From a virus: a stretch of DNA of 64,000 bases. Of the stretch, positions 59,826 to 64,000 are shown in pieces (positions within the stretch are counted from its first letter, which is position 1; every line of letters begins with the position of its first letter). Location: positions 11,653 to 75,652 of the IMG/VR virus record IMGVR_UViG_3300018424_003600. One strand, 5' to 3'. The position numbers and the translations under genes were made by a program. Below the pieces are notes generated by a model. It did no database searches and had not been told where the DNA came from. It worked only from the letters and a program-made list of their open reading frames with translations.

Positions 59826-60665
59826 ATGAGACCTAAGAACTATCTTAACAACAAAGACATTTTAAAAGAAATTCACAAATCAAAAAATACGTTTAATAGC
59901 TATGTTGAACAAGATTACGCAAATTATGATATCATACTAGATAGCGTAGAAAAAATCAATATAAGAACTATTGCAGATGCAAAAAGAAATAAAGCAAAAA
60001 AACTAAGTCAACAAGATTACGAACAAAGAAAACTTGCAGGCGAACGGGTAAAACAAGCAGACTGCGAAGTTGACTACAAAAAAATCACAAAAGAAGAACT
60101 AATCTTTCGTATTATGACGTTTGATCATATTCCAGACGAACCCGGACGCAAGAAAAATCCAAAAACAGTAGCAGATAAAAAAACTAAACTAAATTTTCCT
60201 CCTTTCCAACACTACAAGTTTAACGAAAACGACGAATTAGTTTGTGTAGGTAAAAGTCACTGGCAAGGTGGCATGGAAAATGGGTATTTTTCAAAAGATC
60301 ACGGAAAGGCTACTAATAAATTAGCAATGATGTGGCTAAAATTGGTAGATCGCTATGCAACTCGTGGAAATGTGAGAGGATATACTTACAATGACGAAAT
60401 GAAAGGACAAGCAATACTGCAACTTGCTCAAATTGGTTTACAGTTTGATGAATCGAAGAGCGACAACCCGTTTGCTTACTACACAGCGGCAGTTACAAAC
60501 TCATTTGTACGTGTTATCAACCTTGAAAAACGCAATCAAAACATTAGAGACGACATCCTTGAAATGAATGACTTAACACCAAGTTATACAAGACAACATC
60601 AAGGGGAATGGGAAGCTGCTATTAGACGCAACGAGGAAGCCTCACAGTCACCTTATTCAAAATAA
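59826..60665 (+). CDS. gp55: Late-transcription sigma factor (T4 gp55-like)
   Basis: NYLNNKD...; RYA.R.N.RGYTY.DEM...FDE.KS.NPFAYYT....NSF.R.I..EK; directly upstream of gp47/gp46, the T4 gene order. Confidence 0.85.
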   Translation: MRPKNYLNNKDILKEIHKSKNTFNSYVEQDYANYDIILDSVEKINIRTIADAKRNKAKKLSQQDYEQRKLAGERVKQADCEVDYKKITKEELIFRIMTFDHIPDEPGRKKNPKTVADKKTKLNFPPFQHYKFNENDELVCVGKSHWQGGMENGYFSKDHGKATNKLAMMWLKLVDRYATRGNVRGYTYNDEMKGQAILQLAQIGLQFDESKSDNPFAYYTAAVTNSFVRVINLEKRNQNIRDDILEMNDLTPSYTRQHQGEWEAAIRRNEEASQSPYSK

Positions 60666-60668
60666 CGG

Positions 60669-60706
60669 TTGACTAGTGTATATTTTTAGTATATACTTGT
60701 ACAAGT
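60669..60706 (+). promoter_or_regulatory. Sigma70-type promoter with overlapping palindrome
   Basis: TTGACT (60669-74), N17, TATACT (60692-97); perfect 12-bp palindrome ACTTGTACAAGT at 60695-60706; GAGGT RBS before the TTG start. Confidence 0.7.
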
Positions 60707-60725
60707 AACTATGAGGTAACTAGAC

Positions 60726-61748
60726 TTGTTTAAAAAAGCTGCCGTATTTACGGACATACACTTTGGCCTTAAAGGCAACAGTCGTGTACACAACGACGAC
60801 TGTGAAGAATTTATAGATTGGTTTATTAATACTGCAAAAGAACACGGTTGTGAAACTGCTATCTTTTGTGGAGACTGGCATCACAACCGAAATTCGCTCA
60901 ATCTTACCACAATGGACGCAACTATCCGCAGTTTAGAAAAACTAGGTAAAGCGTTTGACAAATTTTATATGTTTGTAGGCAATCACGACTTGTATTACAA
61001 AGACAAGCGAGAAGTAAGTTCTACAATATTTGGTAAACATATTCCAGGTGTAACATTTGTTGACGAAATATATGAAGAAGAAGATGTAGCACTTGTTCCG
61101 TGGCTAGTAGGCGACGAATGGAAAAAAATGGGCAGTGTTAAGTCTAAATATTTGTTTGGTCACTTTGAACTTCCTAGTTTTTACATGAATGCTATGGTAC
61201 AAATGCCAGATCATGGTGATTTAAAACCTGAACACTTTAAAAATCAAGAGTATGTATTCTCAGGACATTTCCATAAACGCCAAGTACAAGGTAAAATTCA
61301 TTATATTGGTAATGCGTTTCCGCACAACTATGCAGATGCTTGGGACGACGAACGTGGTATGATGATTCTTGACAAAGAAAACAATGCGGAACCAGAGTAT
61401 ATCAACTGGTGGAACTGTCCTAAATATCGAACAGTTAAACTTTCTGAACTTTTAGACAAGACTGACGAACTTATTAAACCAAAAATGTATCTAAGAGTTA
61501 CATTAGATTTGCCTATTTCATACGAAGAAGCAAATTTTATCAAAGAAACATTTATTACACAATATGGTTGTAGAGAAATTACACTAATTCCGCAAAAACA
61601 AATTGAAGAAATTACAACAGATTTAGATATTGCACAATTTGAAAGTGTAGATCAAATTGTAGCCAGTGAAATTGCAGAATTAGACACAGAAAACTATAAT
61701 AAAAAAACATTACTAGACATTTATAACGGGTTAGAACATCACACATGA
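60726..61748 (+). CDS. gp47: Recombination endonuclease subunit (gp47/Mre11/SbcD)
   Basis: Metallophosphoesterase motifs FTDIHFG, CGDWHH, VGNHD, FGHFE, SGHFH. Confidence 0.92.
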   Translation: MFKKAAVFTDIHFGLKGNSRVHNDDCEEFIDWFINTAKEHGCETAIFCGDWHHNRNSLNLTTMDATIRSLEKLGKAFDKFYMFVGNHDLYYKDKREVSSTIFGKHIPGVTFVDEIYEEEDVALVPWLVGDEWKKMGSVKSKYLFGHFELPSFYMNAMVQMPDHGDLKPEHFKNQEYVFSGHFHKRQVQGKIHYIGNAFPHNYADAWDDERGMMILDKENNAEPEYINWWNCPKYRTVKLSELLDKTDELIKPKMYLRVTLDLPISYEEANFIKETFITQYGCREITLIPQKQIEEITTDLDIAQFESVDQIVASEIAELDTENYNKKTLLDIYNGLEHHT

Positions 61749-63517
61749 TAAAAATTAAAGATTTAACCGTAAAAAACTTTATGAGTGTGGGCAATCAAAC
61801 CCAAGCTGTTGACTTTAACCGTGAACAGCTTACTTTAGTGCTTGGCGAAAACTTAGACCAAGGAGGTGACGATTCTGGATCACGCAACGGTACAGGCAAA
61901 ACTACGATAATCAATGCATTATCCTACGCTCTGTACGGTCAAGCACTGACCAACATTAAGAGAAACAATCTTATCAACAAGACAAACTCTAAAGGAATGT
62001 TGGTCACCCTACATTTTGAAAAAGACGGACAGGATTATAGGATCGAGCGTGGAAGATCTCCTAATATACTCAAGTTTTTTATCAATGATCACGAGCAAGA
62101 ACTAACAGACGAAAGCCAAGGCGATAGTCGTAAGACACAAGAAAGCATTAGTGACTTACTTGGTATGAGTCATGATATGTTTAAGCATGTTGTTGCACTT
62201 AATACATACTCAGAACCTTTTTTAAGTATGCGAGCAAACGATCAACGTGCTATTATTGAACAGTTATTAGGTATAACACTTCTAACTGAAAAAGCGGAAT
62301 TACTGAAAGAACAAGTTCGTGTTACTAAAGATTCTATTACAGAAGAAACATTAAAAATAGAAGCAATAAAAACTGCAAATAGTAAAATTGAAGAAAGCAT
62401 TACTAGTTTAGAAAGTAGACAACGTGCATGGCATGCTAAAAAAGAGCAAGATTGTGCTAAATTACAGCACGGTATTACAGAATTAGAACATTTAAACATT
62501 GATGAAGAACTAGAAAAACACGAAGCGTTGTCTAATTGGACTGAAATGAACAATGCTATTTTGGCTCTTAATAAAGAAAAAAGTACACTAGAAGCAGCAC
62601 TATTACGTGCTACTAAATCTGTTGAAAAGGCTGAAAAAGACATCGCAAATCTCGAAGATGCTACTTGTTATACTTGTGGTCAAGCACTACATGACGATAA
62701 AAAAGCAGAAATCGAAGCACGAAAAACTAAAGAATTAAATGATGCATTAGCATATCAGACTGAAGTTGCTGGAAAATTACAAGACGTTCTTGAAGGACTT
62801 GACGGAATTGGTAACATCAACGGTAAACCTAATACATTTTATGAAACTGCTAAAGAAGCATACGATCATAGAAACAATGTAGATAATTTAAAGCAAGCAT
62901 TGCTAAGTAAAGAGCAAGAAGATGATCCATACCAAGCACAAATTGACGATTTAAAAACTACAGCATTACAAGAAATTGATTGGGAGCCAGTAAACGAACT
63001 TACTAGCTTAAAAGAACATCAAGAGTTTTTGTTAAAACTGCTAACAAACAAAGATTCGTTTATTCGTAAGAAGATTATTGATCAGAATCTTGCATATTTG
63101 AACAACAGGCTCACATATTACCTTGATAAACTAGGCTTACCACACCAAGTAGTATTCCAAAACGACCTAAATGTAGAAATTACCCAACTAGGACAGGATT
63201 TAGACTTTGACAACTTGTCAAGAGGTGAACGCAACCGCTTGATACTTGGACTAAGTTTTGCATTCCGTGATGTTTGGGAAAGCCTATACCAAAATATCAA
63301 CTTATTATTCATTGACGAATTGATTGATAGTGGTATGGACACTGCCGGTGTTGAAAATTCACTAGGCATTCTTAAGAAAATGGGTAGAGAACGTAATAAA
63401 AACATTTATTTGATTAGTCACAAAGATGAATTAGTAGGTAGAGTTAATCATGTTCTTAAAGTTGTTAAAGAAAATGGCTTTACAAGCTATGCAAATGATA
63501 TAGATGTGGTAGATTAA
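61745..63517 (+). CDS. gp46: Recombination ATPase subunit (gp46/Rad50/SbcC)
   Basis: KNFMSVG, Walker A NGTGKT, coiled coil with Zn hook CYTCG, signature LSRGE, Walker B LFIDE, ISH. Confidence 0.95.
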   Translation: MIKIKDLTVKNFMSVGNQTQAVDFNREQLTLVLGENLDQGGDDSGSRNGTGKTTIINALSYALYGQALTNIKRNNLINKTNSKGMLVTLHFEKDGQDYRIERGRSPNILKFFINDHEQELTDESQGDSRKTQESISDLLGMSHDMFKHVVALNTYSEPFLSMRANDQRAIIEQLLGITLLTEKAELLKEQVRVTKDSITEETLKIEAIKTANSKIEESITSLESRQRAWHAKKEQDCAKLQHGITELEHLNIDEELEKHEALSNWTEMNNAILALNKEKSTLEAALLRATKSVEKAEKDIANLEDATCYTCGQALHDDKKAEIEARKTKELNDALAYQTEVAGKLQDVLEGLDGIGNINGKPNTFYETAKEAYDHRNNVDNLKQALLSKEQEDDPYQAQIDDLKTTALQEIDWEPVNELTSLKEHQEFLLKLLTNKDSFIRKKIIDQNLAYLNNRLTYYLDKLGLPHQVVFQNDLNVEITQLGQDLDFDNLSRGERNRLILGLSFAFRDVWESLYQNINLLFIDELIDSGMDTAGVENSLGILKKMGRERNKNIYLISHKDELVGRVNHVLKVVKENGFTSYANDIDVVD

Positions 63518-63723
63518 TGGAAAGTGACGTACACGATCAGTTAGTTCAAGCATATTTAGAATATTTTAAGGCTAACGAAAAATTTGAAAGGCAAAATAGC
63601 GTTCGTACTCATAGGTATGTACGCAAATGTTTACGAGATATTAGGCAACTAGCAAAAGATAGAGCTGACGAAATACATATTCATCATAACACAACAAGAA
63701 CAACCAGAAAAGATAAAAAATAA
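63517..63723 (+). CDS. Small basic helical protein (possibly Hc1-like nucleic-acid binding)
   Basis: 68 aa, TAATG coupling to gp46; NEKF..NS.R...VRK.L..I..LAK.R..EI pattern. Confidence 0.45.
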   Translation: MESDVHDQLVQAYLEYFKANEKFERQNSVRTHRYVRKCLRDIRQLAKDRADEIHIHHNTTRTTRKDKK

Positions 63724-63735
63724 TATAGGCACCGG

Positions 63736-63741
63736 TAAGTA
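63736..63741 (+). promoter_or_regulatory. Late promoter variant TAAGTA 5 nt before ATG
   Basis: GGTAAGTA-AGTTC-ATG; same geometry as 2396-2420. Confidence 0.55.
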
Positions 63742-63746
63742 AGTTC

Positions 63747-64000
63747 ATGCAATGGACTTATGATGGGAAACAAATTGATACTATACCAGACGAGTATGAA
63801 GGATTTGTTTATCTCATAACCAATCTAAAGACTGGACAAAAGTATATAGGCAAGAAACTAGCAAAGTTTAAAACTACAAAGCCACCTCTCAAAGGCAAAA
63901 AAAACAAACGCAGAGGCAGTAAAGAATCAGACTGGCGTGACTATTGGGGATCATCAGACAGATTAAATGCAGACGTACAGGCACTAGGCCCAGAAAACTT
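63747..64000 (+). CDS. GIY-YIG endonuclease (Seg-like), runs off the window; absent from the ORF track
   Basis: My translation: MQWTYDGKQIDTIPDEYEGFVYLITNLKTGQKYIGKK...ESDWRDYWGSS; GFVY...YIG motif. Confidence 0.85.
   Translation, partial: MQWTYDGKQIDTIPDEYEGFVYLITNLKTGQKYIGKKLAKFKTTKPPLKGKKNKRRGSKESDWRDYWGSSDRLNADVQALGPEN

Noticed and set aside
1-64000. CRISPR array, tRNA/rRNA, introns, inteins, reverse transcriptase/DGR, stop-codon recoding
   Set aside because: Intergenic gaps are about 105 bp or less; no repeat-spacer pattern, intein termini or RT motif seen by eye; genes tile fully in the standard code, with TAA, TAG and TGA all used as stops.
63747-64000. GIY-YIG ORF as a mobile homing element
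   Set aside because: Truncated by the window edge, not inside an intron or interrupted gene; mobility cannot be supported.

Overview
AT-rich segment of a large T4-like (contractile-tailed) phage genome, read in the standard genetic code. 59.8-64 kb (+): gp55-like late sigma factor, gp47/gp46 (Mre11/Rad50-type) nuclease pair, a small basic protein and a truncated GIY-YIG nuclease. 21-59.7 kb (-): one long baseplate/tail-fibre module. In transcription order it holds gp48/54-like, gp53-like and gp27-like genes, an orphan, a gp5-like spike with a C-terminal VgrG3-type muramidase domain, gp25, gp6, a 5153-aa wedge protein, three paralogous fibre genes and a 1498-aa Ser/Thr-rich Ig-repeat adhesin. 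1-21 kb, continuing past the left edge: a dense, tightly overlapped block of about 22 enzyme-like genes abutting the fibre genes. It holds 7 radical SAM enzymes with twitch/SPASM-type Cys clusters in two architectures, 5 glycosyltransferase-like proteins, a UDP-glucose/GDP-mannose dehydrogenase, 2 SGNH proteins, 3 2OG-Fe(II) oxygenases, 2 degenerate kinase-fold proteins, a QueC-like PP-loop enzyme and a methyltransferase. My best reading, which is inference, is a phage-encoded glycan-building and radical-tailoring pathway that decorates the virion or the host surface. A TAA(A/G)TA late-promoter motif recurs, four times only 4-5 nt before ATG (possibly leaderless), and three sigma70-type promoters are visible. 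All family calls are motif recognition by eye; no database searches were run.
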